Below the pieces are notes generated by a model, which saw nothing but the letters and a program-made list of their open reading frames with translations, did not search any database and was not told the DNA's origin. The translations under genes and the position numbers were made by a program. A stretch of DNA of 61,417 bases, the filler included, from an uncultured bacterium (lineage in GTDB: Bacteria > Hinthialibacterota > Hinthialibacteria > Hinthialibacterales > Hinthialibacteraceae), in NCBI GenBank assembly GCA_964449065.1. It is 22 parts of 22 records of this genome, joined end to end, with 100 filler letters (N's around TTAATTAATTAA, not from the genome) between each part and the next. Parts side by side here need not be neighbours in the genome. Positions count along the whole stretch, not along the records: positions 20,275 to 23,033 come from CAYVAZ010000499.1; positions 23,134 to 25,879 come from CAYVAZ010000500.1; positions 25,980 to 28,700 come from CAYVAZ010000501.1; positions 28,801 to 31,505 come from CAYVAZ010000502.1; 18 more parts are not named here. One strand, 5' to 3'. The stretch's first letter is position 1, and every line of letters begins with the position of its first letter. Of this stretch, positions 20,175 to 30,604 are shown one piece after another.

Positions 20175-20338
20175 NNNNNNNNNNNNNNNNNNNNNNNNNN
20201 NNNNNNNNNNNNNNNNNNTTAATTAATTAANNNNNNNNNNNNNNNNNNNNNNNNNNNNNNNNNNNNNNNNNNNNCAGCGAACGATTAGAAAAACGGGCAT
20301 ATCATAATGTAGTGCGTAACGTGAGTTATATAACTGCG

Positions 20339-21100
20339 TTATTTCCGGGTGCCAAACAATATCATTCGCGGGCTGTTTTTCTCATAGAACCTGCCGTCAA
20401 ATGAACCAAGGCACCCCAGCACATGCAAATCCGTGCTGGAAAGCATCTCGATCATATCATCATACGAATACAGCCGTACCGATTCATAAAACGTCCGGTC
20501 GGTGCCGCCCCAGTTTTTGATGATGATCTCTTTTTCTATCCGCTCTTGGTCTTCCGTAAATTTTCTCCGTTCAATCACTTGATATTCGCCGTGTTGTTTC
20601 ACTGTCTCCGGCTCGAAGTTTGCTTTCACATAATGAGGATTCAGATAATCGATTAAAAACCACCCTCCCGGTTTCAGCACGCTGGATATTTCATGCAGAA
20701 CTTGCAGATTCTCTGTATTATTCTGAAAGTAGCCGATGGTGGTGAAATAGGTCAGCAACCCGTCTTGTGAGGATTTCCGCAGCGGCAGCATCCGCATATC
20801 CGCGCGGATGAATTTGATGCGGCTGTTTTCGCCCTTGGCATGTTTTATAAGCGGGTAGGAATAATCGATTCCGGTTACCTTTTGGTATCCGACATCATAC
20901 AGCGCGCGGCTATGCCTGCCGTTGCCGCAGCAGAGATCGACGATCTTATGATGCTTTAACAATGGCAAAACGGAAAGCGTGGTTTGAACTTCTTCTTGGG
21001 CTTCTTCATCGCTGCGGTGCGCGTACACATCCATGTAGATGGTATTGAACCATGTTCGCCACCAATCTTCTTTAAATTCACTGCGGTTTGTTGTCGTCAT
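20339..21100 (-). CDS. Class I SAM-dependent methyltransferase
   Basis: VDLCCGNGRH, ADMR, FTTIGYF, LKPGG, ESVRLY. Confidence 0.9.
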   Translation of the reverse strand: MTTTNRSEFKEDWWRTWFNTIYMDVYAHRSDEEAQEEVQTTLSVLPLLKHHKIVDLCCGNGRHSRALYDVGYQKVTGIDYSYPLIKHAKGENSRIKFIRADMRMLPLRKSSQDGLLTYFTTIGYFQNNTENLQVLHEISSVLKPGGWFLIDYLNPHYVKANFEPETVKQHGEYQVIERRKFTEDQERIEKEIIIKNWGGTDRTFYESVRLYSYDDMIEMLSSTDLHVLGCLGSFDGRFYEKNSPRMILFGTRK

Positions 21101-21195
21101 TCCTTACGCATTTCTTACGGCCAATATATATACCTTTATTGTACCGAATCGATTACCTTCAGCCAACAGATACACCCGGATGAGAAGCATATTGT

Positions 21196-21293
21196 ATGGG
21201 TGATAACTTACCCATCCATATGAAATGAATGGGATCAGTCATTCACAAGCGAAGCGCAGTGCCACAACCCCCTTGCATAAGGGGGTGGAGCCG
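21196..21293. repeat. Intergenic repeat of about 100-120 bp
   Basis: ATGGGTGATAACTTA...GGGATCAGT.ATTCACAAGCGAAGCGCAGTGCCAC..CCCCCTTGCATAAGGGGG, also at 36845-36935 and inverted at 50931-51049. Confidence 0.88.
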
Positions 21294-21418
21294 CAGGCTC
21301 CGGGGGATTTGCGCCGTTGGGTTTCGTTTCGATCCCCACTGCTTCGCGAACCCAATCGGGAATCCGTTCCGCCGCATGACCGCCGGAAGAAGTGACATGC
21401 CCCCATGATAGAATTCAA

Positions 21419-22831
21419 TCAGCCCTGATACTGCGGATTCAGCTCCGAAGGTACAGGCGCGTTTAAATCCTTTCGCCACTGCCGCATCATTTGATGCAAT
21501 TCGTTCGCTTTTTGCGGCATGGCATCCACTAAATTTTTCGTTTCACCGGTATCCTCTTTGAGGTTGTAGAGTTCCAACTGGCCGTCTTCAAAAAATTCGA
21601 TGAGTTTAAAATCGCCCTTGCGAATGACACCCGCGGGGGTGGTTCGCCAAATATCTGTACTATCATGATACGCCTGCAAATAGGCGGGAAAGTGCCAATA
21701 CAATGCCTCACGGTCAAAATCGCCGGTTTGGGTTAACAGCGGCATCAAGCTTTCGCCATCCAGCGGATAATCTTCGCTTATGCTGCCCTGCGCCAGTTCC
21801 ATAAAGGTGGGGTAAAAATCCACGCCGGTGACCGCTTCATCGCATGTTGAACCGGCTTCAATGTGATTTGGATACTTTACGGTCAGAGGGACACGGATTC
21901 CGCCTTCGTACATCATTCCTTTTGCGCCGCGCAGCGGCTTCATCGTGGTGGCAGGGCCGTATCCACCGTTATCCGAGTAAAAAATGACCACCGTGTTTTC
22001 ACTTAGTTCCAGCTCATCCAATGTATCCAACACCCGGCCGATGTTCCAATCGGTATTTTCAACCATCGCGGCATACGTCGCGTGATTGTGCCGCTCTCCT
22101 TTCGGTTTTTCTTCATACCTTTCGATCAACTCTTCTTTCGCCCGCAATGGCGTATGAACGGCGTAAAAGGATAGGTATAAAAAAAAGGGATTCTGTTTGT
22201 TTTGCTCAATAAACCGGATCGATTCCGAGGTAATACGATCGGTTAGATGCTCCCCCTCCGGCCCGTCTTCCAAATAAGGGTTTTGGTAAGGACTAAAGTA
22301 ACTTCTGGGGCTTCCCGCTTGATAGCCGCCGATATTCACATCAAACCCCTGCGATTGAGGACCGGAATTTTCGCCTTCTCCCAAATGCCACTTCCCGGCG
22401 TGGGCGGTTTTATATCCGGCTTGTTTCAGCATTTCCGCGATGGTGATTTTATCCATCGGCAGGGTGGTGCGGTTGGGTGTGGGGATAAGTTTGCGGTCTT
22501 TGGCCTTACCGCGTTCGGATGACCCGACCGTATAGATACCGTGACGGGGTGAATATTGCCCCGACATTAAACAAGCACGCGAAGGCGCGCAGTTCGGTGC
22601 GCAGGCATACGCGTTGGTGAACACCATGCCTTCGGATGCCAGCCGGTCGACGTTGGGGGTTTCATAAAAATCGCTGCCCATAAAGCCTACATCGCGCCAG
22701 CCCAAATCATCCACATAAACCATCACGATGTTGGGTTTGTTTTGGTTTGGTTGGCTCCAAAGGGATGGCGCGCCAAGCAAACTTGTGGTGATTCCTCCCA
22801 AAATTTTCAACGAATCCCTGCGGTTTATCAT
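21419..22831 (-). CDS. Sulfatase (Cys-type), Tat-exported
   Basis: NRR signal, PNIV..DDLG, CAPSRA, GKWHLG, SDNGG, YEGGIRVP. Confidence 0.95.
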   Translation of the reverse strand: MINRRDSLKILGGITTSLLGAPSLWSQPNQNKPNIVMVYVDDLGWRDVGFMGSDFYETPNVDRLASEGMVFTNAYACAPNCAPSRACLMSGQYSPRHGIYTVGSSERGKAKDRKLIPTPNRTTLPMDKITIAEMLKQAGYKTAHAGKWHLGEGENSGPQSQGFDVNIGGYQAGSPRSYFSPYQNPYLEDGPEGEHLTDRITSESIRFIEQNKQNPFFLYLSFYAVHTPLRAKEELIERYEEKPKGERHNHATYAAMVENTDWNIGRVLDTLDELELSENTVVIFYSDNGGYGPATTMKPLRGAKGMMYEGGIRVPLTVKYPNHIEAGSTCDEAVTGVDFYPTFMELAQGSISEDYPLDGESLMPLLTQTGDFDREALYWHFPAYLQAYHDSTDIWRTTPAGVIRKGDFKLIEFFEDGQLELYNLKEDTGETKNLVDAMPQKANELHQMMRQWRKDLNAPVPSELNPQYQG

Positions 22832-23138
22832 GGTTATTTTCCTACCTATTATTTTCCTATTTGTGTTGCTATTCATTTGGCGATTGATCGGGGAGCATCG
22901 GCTTCCAGCCAGTGCGTATTATCAATAATTCCGATTAAACTGTAATGATAACATTCGCAATATTGAAGTGTTTATAGAGTGCATGTCATCTCTCTCAGTA
23001 AAAAAAGATTGGTCCAGAGAAGCAATGAAATTGNNNNNNNNNNNNNNNNNNNNNNNNNNNNNNNNNNNNNNNNNNNNTTAATTAATTAANNNNNNNNNNN
23101 NNNNNNNNNNNNNNNNNNNNNNNNNNNNNNNNNAACAT

Positions 23139-24830
23139 TTATTTCGCGTACAACTGCAAGAACCGGTTTTCCGCTTCATCGGTGCCGATCAGAACCAGTT
23201 CGGAACCGGGGTGCAAGACCACATGCGATTCCGGGTTGACATACGACTTCCCTTCCGCGTGAACCGCGATGATGTTGCAGCCGGTATCCTTGCGGATGGT
23301 GGTATCGCGGATCAGTTTGCCGGTTAATACTGTGGGTGTTTTAATGCGGAAGACATCCAGCCCTTCCGCCACCATCAGAATATCGCTGCGTTTGAGCAGG
23401 TTGAAGATTTTATCCGCGCCCATGGAGGCGTACGAAATCACAAAATCCGCCCCGGCGCGGTGCAGCGTGCCGATATTTCGTTTGAGACTGGTACGGCTGA
23501 TGATTTGAATATCCGGTGAGCGTTTGCGGCAATAGATGGTCAGGTAAATATTGGTATCGTCATCGCGCGTGGTGATGATAACGGCGGGGGCTTGGTCGAT
23601 CCCGGCTTTTTTGAGCACATCGGGATTGGCAGCGTTGCCGTTGACAAACTTGCGGGGGTCACGAAGCCTCTCGCGGTTTTGATCAATGATGCGGTAATCG
23701 ATGCCGCGTTCTTGCAGCGCGTTGGCGGCCGCTCGGCCCACTCTTCCCGCCCCGATAATCACAATGGGCGCGGTAAGAAATTCTTCGGTGTGGCATAAGT
23801 TTTCAAATTTATCTATTTGCTCGCGGGTACCGGACATCACCAACACGGTTTTGGATTTGATCACGGTATCGGCTTGCGCGTTTTCAAACTTCCCGCGTTC
23901 CCAAATACCAACGATGTTTACCCCGGTTTGTTCGCGCACTTTGCTTTCGAGTATGGTATGGCCGACCAGCGATGTGTCTTCCGCATTCGCTTCCGCAATG
24001 AGCAGGTCATCAAAGCGGCCGATCACATGAACCGCTTCCGTTCCGCCGTGCAAACGCCGGGCAAAGGCTTGGCCGGTCATATCGCCTAAATGCAGCAGGG
24101 TGGTGCAGCCCGCTTTTTTTAAAATATCGAACGAAAAATCCTCCCGCACAGTGGCGACAATCGGGATGGTCGCACTCACATCACGCACCGTGAAGGCAAT
24201 CGTGGTGTTGGCGATATCATTGCGGGTCGCTGCAACCAAAGTTGCATGTTGGATGTGCGCATTGCGGTAGGTTTCCGGATCGTCGTGATCGCCATAGACC
24301 ACGCGGATTCCTTCATCGTGCAAACGCAGGGCTTCATCAAAATCCGATATTACCAATACATACGGGTAGTGATACAGATTTAGCTTTTCGATCAGCGCGC
24401 TGGTGATTTGATCGTATTGAAAGAGGATCACGTGTCCTTGCAAATGATCCGGCGCATGGCGGGGAACGCGGGCGGAGGTTTGCGCTTTGATCCACGGTTC
24501 ATAGAAAAATTCGATTAAAATAAAAGGCAGCATCACCAGCAGCAATACAATCCCCGACAAAAGCACAATAATTGAAAAGATTCTTCCCAAATCGCTTTGA
24601 AAGGTAATATCACCAAACCCCAGCGTGGACATCACGGTAAGAGTCCAATAAATTCCGGTAATCCAGCTATACTGTTTTCCTTCCCATTCCATGATGTAAT
24701 GGAACAAAACACTGTAAATTAGCACCAACAAGACCAATACGGCTATAAAGGTTTGAATCACCTTGATGTTCCGCCGGTTGTTTTGGCTGCTCATGTATTT
24801 CAATAAAATGGTGGGTAAGAGCTTCATCAT
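23139..24830 (-). CDS. Potassium channel protein with TrkA-N/TrkA-C (RCK) domains
   Basis: Pore motif TVMSTLGFGDI; IIGAGRVG; two RCK repeats. Confidence 0.9.
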   Translation of the reverse strand: MMKLLPTILLKYMSSQNNRRNIKVIQTFIAVLVLLVLIYSVLFHYIMEWEGKQYSWITGIYWTLTVMSTLGFGDITFQSDLGRIFSIIVLLSGIVLLLVMLPFILIEFFYEPWIKAQTSARVPRHAPDHLQGHVILFQYDQITSALIEKLNLYHYPYVLVISDFDEALRLHDEGIRVVYGDHDDPETYRNAHIQHATLVAATRNDIANTTIAFTVRDVSATIPIVATVREDFSFDILKKAGCTTLLHLGDMTGQAFARRLHGGTEAVHVIGRFDDLLIAEANAEDTSLVGHTILESKVREQTGVNIVGIWERGKFENAQADTVIKSKTVLVMSGTREQIDKFENLCHTEEFLTAPIVIIGAGRVGRAAANALQERGIDYRIIDQNRERLRDPRKFVNGNAANPDVLKKAGIDQAPAVIITTRDDDTNIYLTIYCRKRSPDIQIISRTSLKRNIGTLHRAGADFVISYASMGADKIFNLLKRSDILMVAEGLDVFRIKTPTVLTGKLIRDTTIRKDTGCNIIAVHAEGKSYVNPESHVVLHPGSELVLIGTDEAENRFLQLYAK

Positions 24831-24879
24831 GAATGAGTTTCCGTTGTTGAATCAAAGATATTGTGCAGGAAGATAGCGG

Positions 24880-25491
24880 TTATTTTTTGACGTTCAATTC
24901 ATCCGGCAAAAACGCATGGATCGAAAAAATCGGTGAATATTGGATACCCATGTTCGTAAACGCTTCACGGCCGCCTTGCTCGCGGTCCACAATGCAAATG
25001 GTTTGCAGGATTTCCGCCCCCGCATTCCGCACAGCCTCAATGGCCTTAATTACCGACCCGCCCGTGGTAATCACATCTTCTACAATCACGACTTTTTTCC
25101 CTTCAACCGATACCCCATCGATCAAGTTATGCGTGCCATGCGCTTTGGCTTCTTTGCGTACCAGAAACAGGGGGACCGGGCACTTGGCGTGATGGCTCAA
25201 CGCGGATACAGCGCCAACGATAGGATCCGCGCCGATAACCGGACCGCCAATCGCATCCGCATTCAACCCATGAATTTGGTTGAGGATGTAAACCGCCAAG
25301 CAATACAGCCCTTCGGGATCGCTGGTGGTTTGCTTGCCATCCATGTAATAGGGAGAGGTCATGCCTGAAGTTAACACAAACGGTTGATCAGGCGGCGCAA
25401 GCTGAAACGATTTCTCTTTTAGGATCTCGAAAAGACGGTCTTTGGTTTGCCGCAGATGTTCACCGGGCAACGGGAACGAAAGGTTCATCAC
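24880..25491 (-). CDS. pyrE: Orotate phosphoribosyltransferase
   Basis: FVLTSG.SPYYMD, VRKEAKAHG, VEDVITTGGS, VDREQGG. Confidence 0.93.
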   Translation of the reverse strand: MMNLSFPLPGEHLRQTKDRLFEILKEKSFQLAPPDQPFVLTSGMTSPYYMDGKQTTSDPEGLYCLAVYILNQIHGLNADAIGGPVIGADPIVGAVSALSHHAKCPVPLFLVRKEAKAHGTHNLIDGVSVEGKKVVIVEDVITTGGSVIKAIEAVRNAGAEILQTICIVDREQGGREAFTNMGIQYSPIFSIHAFLPDELNVKK

Positions 25492-25634
25492 AATACTCCT
25501 GTCAGTTTAGAGGTATCGTACCGTAGGAATGAAACGGGCAGAAGAGAGAGGGATAGGCACACCAAAATATACACCATAATATATATCTTGGTATATATCG
25601 ATTGAGGTGATAGCATAAAAAAAGGGGTGGTGTT

Positions 25635-25879
25635 ATGTCACAAGTTGCAAAAGTATTTATGAATGGACGGTCACAAGCGGTTCGGCTTCCAATGAATTTC
25701 CGGTTTAAGGGAAAGGAGGTATTTATCCGAAAGGATGAAACAACCGGTGATGTAATATTGTCTGAAAAACCCGAAGATTGGGTCGATTTTTTTGCGTTAG
25801 CAAACTCAACTGATGAAAACAACGATTTTATGATTGACAGAAATACGAACCGGCGCAAGAAAGAGAATTGTTTTGATGA
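25635..25879 (+). CDS. vapB: VapB (AbrB-type) antitoxin with an apparent frameshift near its C-terminus
   Basis: AKVFMNGRSQAVRLP. The expected tail EPAQERELF* lies in another frame and ends in TGATG (25874-25878). Confidence 0.8.
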
Positions 25880-26021
25880 NNNNNNNNNNNNNNNNNNNNN
25901 NNNNNNNNNNNNNNNNNNNNNNNTTAATTAATTAANNNNNNNNNNNNNNNNNNNNNNNNNNNNNNNNNNNNNNNNNNNNCAAGAAACTGTCTGCCTTTCC
26001 TGCCCCATCTCCTTCAGATGG

Positions 26022-26174
26022 CTAAAGGGTTACGTATTTTTTTTTAATCTCTTTCGATGAACGTTCAAGATACTCAAGATATTCTTCATCACTCAAGTTT
26101 TTATATTTTTCTTGACATTTCCGTTTCCATTCACGAACTTCCAGTAATGATGGTTCTTCTTTATATTCACTCAT
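26022..26174 (-). CDS. Small 50-aa protein overlapping the PIN gene end; possible antitoxin
   Basis: MSEYKEEPSLLEVREWKRKCQEKYKNLSDEEYLEYL...; start overlaps the PIN stop. Confidence 0.5.
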   Translation of the reverse strand: MSEYKEEPSLLEVREWKRKCQEKYKNLSDEEYLEYLERSSKEIKKKYVTL

Positions 26175-26646
26175 GAGAAACCTCCAAAGGAGTGATTAGT
26201 TCTAGATGTTTCATATAACCGTTTTTCATGTTGGTTTTATTCACAGATTCCATTCGGTTTAAGTTGGCTATATGTCTTAAGTTCCAACTGATTATAGCAT
26301 CCATTTCCAGACATGTTGCAACCGCAACATGTCTGGAATCTAAATCGGCTTTTGCAGGCAATACCTTCAATTCTGTATATAGATTAGCCAATTTTATGCA
26401 CTCTTTGGTCACTGCTAATTCTTTAGGATTGTACCTTTCAATCAATTTGAATAGAGATAAGCTCTTTTCACTGTTTGCTTCTTCGAATTCTTGCAAAACA
26501 AGTTCAGAAAAATATATTTCAAATCTTCCAAGATTTATCTGCTCAAAAAATTGAGGCGTGATTGCTTTCTTTTCCGGCGCATCATCCGCGAATTAAAAGT
26601 TCCATACCGACGTTTCCAAATACAGTTTTAGGCGTTTCTCGGTCAT
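26167..26646 (-). pseudogene. PIN-domain protein with a premature stop
   Basis: MTEKRLKLYLETSVWNF*FADDAP...SELVLQE...DSRHVAVA...ISWNLRHI, with TAA at 26593-26595. Confidence 0.82.
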
Positions 26647-26647
26647 A

Positions 26648-28621
26648 CTAATTCCTTGGCCCCACCTTGCTCACATCGATCGGCTCAAAGCCTAACGCGA
26701 ACGCCGGTGAATTTTCTTGCAGCGTAAAGTTATAGTTTTCCGCATCGGCAAACTTCGGATCAGCTATCTTGGAATGCGCATCCTGCCCTTTCGCCTGCCA
26801 TTCCTCCCATGTCCAATCTTTGAACGTAATCTCTTCTCCCCGTGTATCCCAATACAGGTTGTAATCCAATTGATAGTTATCGCCTGACCAGTTGCTGCCC
26901 AGAAGTTCGCCCGAATCAAAGACTACAATATTCCGCTCAAACCGGAACGAGAGATGATCTTCCGCCCGTGTGCGCATGATTTGATATTCCTTCGCGAACG
27001 CGAAGATGTTATTGCGGATCAAATTGTTCTTGCCGTAATGCTGATGAAATCCCGCGGATTTTGTCCGGTAGGTGACATTGTTTTCCACTAAGATTTCCGT
27101 ACTGCCTTCGTCCGGATATATTCCCCATCCGCCATAACTGTATGAATCGATATGATGAAACACATTATTGCGGATCACCGTTCCCGGCTGCGTCCCCAGT
27201 GTGTAGATGCCGCCCATATCGCTCAACACGCCCTGTCCGATATCATGGACATGGTTGTATTCAATAATGTTGTGATGCGCGCCGGTTGGTCTGTATCCCC
27301 ATGTCCAGCCCACGGACAGCCCGGTGTAATAGGTGTGATGAATGTGGTTGTGCGCCAGCACATTATGATCGCTTTGCCCGACCCAGATCCCCACGGCCGC
27401 CGGATACATCACCCCGATATGATGGATGTGGTTATCGGTGATGTGATTGTTATGCGTGCGCAATAGTCCTTCCCGCATCACGCGTTCGCCGATTTTGACT
27501 CCACCCGCGCCGAGATCGAGCATTTCATTGGCAATAATGTGGTTGTTGCCGCACGCCTGCTCAAACGAGATCGCGTAATTCCCCAGCTGCGTGAATTCGC
27601 AGTTTTGCACCTTGCAGTCTTTCGCGCCGTTGGCGGAAAACGCCGCCGAGATATCATACGCTGCCTGCATATCGGGGTATCCCTCTTCTAATTTCGGCGC
27701 AATGGTGTGAGAAAAGGTTAAGCCCTTAAAGTGCAAATCATGCACAAACTCTTCCCGTTCCGCGTTTCCTTCAATGCGAATCAACTGCTCCAACTTCGGA
27801 GCGATGATTTGCATTTCGTTGGGATTCTGTCCCGGTTCAACCATGATGGAGAGAATGCCTGTCTGCTTATCCAAACGCCATTCACCGGGTTGATCCAATG
27901 CTTCCGGCGCGTTCTCAATCCAATAGCGCGGATTCTTCGCGTTGCGCCAGTTGCTGGGTGGTACTTGTTTGGTCAGCGTGGCGGTATGGTTTTCTTCATC
28001 CACTTTTACAATCGGCATCCGAATTTCCGCCCATTTCGCGAGACCGATGACATCCACATCACCGCGGCCCGCCCACGTTTTTTTGATGTCACCCTCTTGA
28101 AAGGTGAAATGGGCCGGTCCTTCCAGCTCCATCTCACCCACCATGTTAAAGTAACCTTCATTCGGAATCCGCGCGCGTGTCAATCGTTTTCCATCGGCGA
28201 ACAGTTGATAGAAAAACCAATCGCCGGTGGCAACTTCATCCAACGTAGCCTCAAACAATCCCGGTTTTACTTCTTTGAATTCAGCGTCGATTACCTCACC
28301 CCCGCTCACAACGGGCGTTTCATTTCCAAAAGCGGATAACGTTAGGGAGGCATTGGAGCGGTCTGTGTCTTCCGGCGTAAACACCAGCGGCTTACGCAAA
28401 AAAAACGTTCCACCCCGCAAATAAATTACTACTGATTTATCGAATTTGCGTGCTTCCATTTGCGCTTTTTGAATGGTCTGAAAAGGCGAATCCAGCGTCT
28501 CTCCGCTGTTCGCGTCATTCCCATCAGGGCTAACGTACAACGTCATCGCGTGACCGATTGACGCGGCAATAATAAACGTGAAAGCAATAAAACTGTGGAA
28601 TAGATAATTCGTTCGGTTCAT
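26648..28621 (-). CDS. Secreted right-handed parallel beta-helix protein (GH141-like)
   Basis: Signal peptide, YVSPDGND, RARIPN, LDQPGEW, DMGGIYTLG, IYPDEGS. Confidence 0.85.
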   Translation of the reverse strand: MNRTNYLFHSFIAFTFIIAASIGHAMTLYVSPDGNDANSGETLDSPFQTIQKAQMEARKFDKSVVIYLRGGTFFLRKPLVFTPEDTDRSNASLTLSAFGNETPVVSGGEVIDAEFKEVKPGLFEATLDEVATGDWFFYQLFADGKRLTRARIPNEGYFNMVGEMELEGPAHFTFQEGDIKKTWAGRGDVDVIGLAKWAEIRMPIVKVDEENHTATLTKQVPPSNWRNAKNPRYWIENAPEALDQPGEWRLDKQTGILSIMVEPGQNPNEMQIIAPKLEQLIRIEGNAEREEFVHDLHFKGLTFSHTIAPKLEEGYPDMQAAYDISAAFSANGAKDCKVQNCEFTQLGNYAISFEQACGNNHIIANEMLDLGAGGVKIGERVMREGLLRTHNNHITDNHIHHIGVMYPAAVGIWVGQSDHNVLAHNHIHHTYYTGLSVGWTWGYRPTGAHHNIIEYNHVHDIGQGVLSDMGGIYTLGTQPGTVIRNNVFHHIDSYSYGGWGIYPDEGSTEILVENNVTYRTKSAGFHQHYGKNNLIRNNIFAFAKEYQIMRTRAEDHLSFRFERNIVVFDSGELLGSNWSGDNYQLDYNLYWDTRGEEITFKDWTWEEWQAKGQDAHSKIADPKFADAENYNFTLQENSPAFALGFEPIDVSKVGPRN

Positions 28622-28800
28622 GAGGCAGTCTCCATGTTGATTTGATCTACCAACATGGTACTGGATAATTTGTTTAAGGAAAAGCAGGTAATCCTAAAAG
28701 NNNNNNNNNNNNNNNNNNNNNNNNNNNNNNNNNNNNNNNNNNNNTTAATTAATTAANNNNNNNNNNNNNNNNNNNNNNNNNNNNNNNNNNNNNNNNNNNN

Positions 28801-29283
28801 AGTCGCCCAGCACCAAACACATACTTAACTCAAAAATACATTGATGATCATTTAGACAAGTTTAATTCAGAGGGGGGTGCTTTTATAGTAGTAAAAAACT
28901 GGACGGAAAATGCTCGTTTCCCATCCTTGCCTCCTAGGAAATTCGTTGGTTTAAAATCAGAAATGGACGTAGTTATAAGGAAATATAAGGCTAGTGGTGA
29001 TTGGCGGATTCTTAGGGATGAACTTAACTTGGGTCCGAATACAGATTTATCAGGGGAAGATATCTTTTATGTTAAAATTTCGGGCAATGACTCCAGATTT
29101 AGTTTTGATATACCAGATGGTCGAGAAGCTGGTGTTATTGAAGGTGAATGGATTCCAGGTGGACTTACTAAAAATGGTGTTCCTGAAGCTGCATTGAAAG
29201 GTTCGGATAATATCATACATGATAATGATATCAATAAACTATTAGATTATTTTGGTTTAGATTCTTGGGAAAAAATAAAATAG
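28801..29283 (+). CDS. Polymorphic toxin C-terminal domain (5' truncated)
   Basis: Frame is open from the contig start: RPAPNTYL..YIDDHL.KF...IPDGREAG...WIPGGLTKNGVPEA; a small gene follows after 3 nt. Confidence 0.7.
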   Translation, partial: SRPAPNTYLTQKYIDDHLDKFNSEGGAFIVVKNWTENARFPSLPPRKFVGLKSEMDVVIRKYKASGDWRILRDELNLGPNTDLSGEDIFYVKISGNDSRFSFDIPDGREAGVIEGEWIPGGLTKNGVPEAALKGSDNIIHDNDINKLLDYFGLDSWEKIK

Positions 29284-29286
29284 GTA

Positions 29287-29805
29287 ATGGATGATAAGGT
29301 GTTTGAAGAAGTAATTGAAAAAAGGGATTATGAGAATTTTTTCCTTGGAAAAGGGAATTATTTTATTTTAGATAGAGAGTACGGCGAGCATTGGTTTTAT
29401 GGAGCTTTTAAACAAGTTCTTTGGCCATATGCGAGAAAAAACGGTGAGAAAAAATTTGAATTTGAATTTTGGAAAGGGATTTTGAATCTGTTAAAAAACT
29501 CCGTTGATGATAAAAATTTAATTTTAGATTCTATTGTCAACAATATTTTGGTGTTTTACCAGTTTTCAAATCCTTCAATTAGTACAAGAAGAATTACCTC
29601 TACACCAAAAGGTTTTCTTTCAATTTTCAAAAATAAATTTTTAGAAAACAGGCACTCCTTAAAAATAGATAAAAGGTCAGTGGGTGCTGATTGGAATTCA
29701 GTAAATAAAGGTGATGGCCTTAAGGGAGGGATATTATATAATCTTAAGATAATAGAAGAAAAGGGTGGGCCGAAAATTTTCAGTGAGATAATGAAAGATA
29801 TTTAA
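29287..29805 (+). CDS. Putative immunity protein
   Basis: AT-rich 172-aa ORF directly after the toxin tip. Confidence 0.6.
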   Translation: MDDKVFEEVIEKRDYENFFLGKGNYFILDREYGEHWFYGAFKQVLWPYARKNGEKKFEFEFWKGILNLLKNSVDDKNLILDSIVNNILVFYQFSNPSISTRRITSTPKGFLSIFKNKFLENRHSLKIDKRSVGADWNSVNKGDGLKGGILYNLKIIEEKGGPKIFSEIMKDI

Positions 29806-30226
29806 TTTTCACTTAGGCACAAAATTTAATTATAACCCTCCCAAAAGGTATAATACAGTTCGCTATGTGGTTCGGTTCTAATAAAATTAGATTAGCTGTT
29901 TTGTTTTTTGTAAATAGTTTCTAAGAAAACTTTATAAAGGCTTGGTTGATATTCTCTTGCAGCAATAACAGCTAGATAGTATTTACTTTCAAATATGTAA
30001 AGCTTTAAGCCTTCTATGTTTTTATAATTCAATAAGCTTTTTGTGATATTCAGATTACTTTTATCTGGGAGAAATATTCCGGAAAGGATTCTGCAAAGTC
30101 TAGAGGTGTTGGCAGCTTATTGATAATAAAATAGATTTTGGTGTTATTTTCATTGTGTATAATAATAGGTTTACTAAAAATTGATTCTTGATCTGAGCTA
30201 GACCGGATAAGTTTCTTTTCGACAAA

Positions 30227-30387
30227 TTTCATCCCCTCAGGGTTACCTCGAGCAGACCTGTGCGGCTTGCGGACGCTGAGGAATCAGGTAGTTTGCGAAG
30301 TGGTCACCTACCGTATACATGAGCGCAAGGATTCCTTTTAATTTGTCACCTGGGTATGCTTCAGCGTCCTCTACGAGTGACTCTGAG
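30227..30387 (+). repeat. Structured direct repeat, copy 1
   Basis: Aligns with 31119-31266; nested inverted repeats. Confidence 0.9.
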
Positions 30388-30604
30388 GGGGGAATACGCA
30401 TTAAGAGAATTTCAAAGAAGAACAAATGACTGGACAACTAGGCTATCTAATCAAGAATTATTACAATTAGATATGTACGCACTTAATAAGGAATGGGCTG
30501 AAATGCTCAAAGAACAGGGCTATACCATTTTAGATATGGGTGATTTTAATAATCAGGGCTTTAGTGCATTTTATGCCATGGAGAAAAGTATTTTATTTAA
30601 ATAA
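30388..30604 (+). pseudogene. Orphan polymorphic-toxin C-terminal fragment
   Basis: NKEWAEMLKEQGYTILDMGD...SAFYAMEK resembles Rhs-type toxin tips; it begins abruptly at the repeat edge. Confidence 0.6.

Noticed and set aside
11786..26646. Stop-codon reassignment or readthrough explaining in-frame stops in TA genes
   Set aside because: All three stop types occur, only in TA genes, while housekeeping genes end normally with TAA, TAG and TGA. Pseudogenisation is simpler.
25635..26646. vapB at 25635 and the PIN gene at 26167 as one TA pair
   Set aside because: They are on opposite strands and separated by a contig linker.
30243..30437. Small ORFs across the structured repeats (also 31266-31553, 34069-34362, 36939-37157, 48393-48596)
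   Set aside because: They are made of repeat DNA, mostly with non-ATG starts, and show no protein features.
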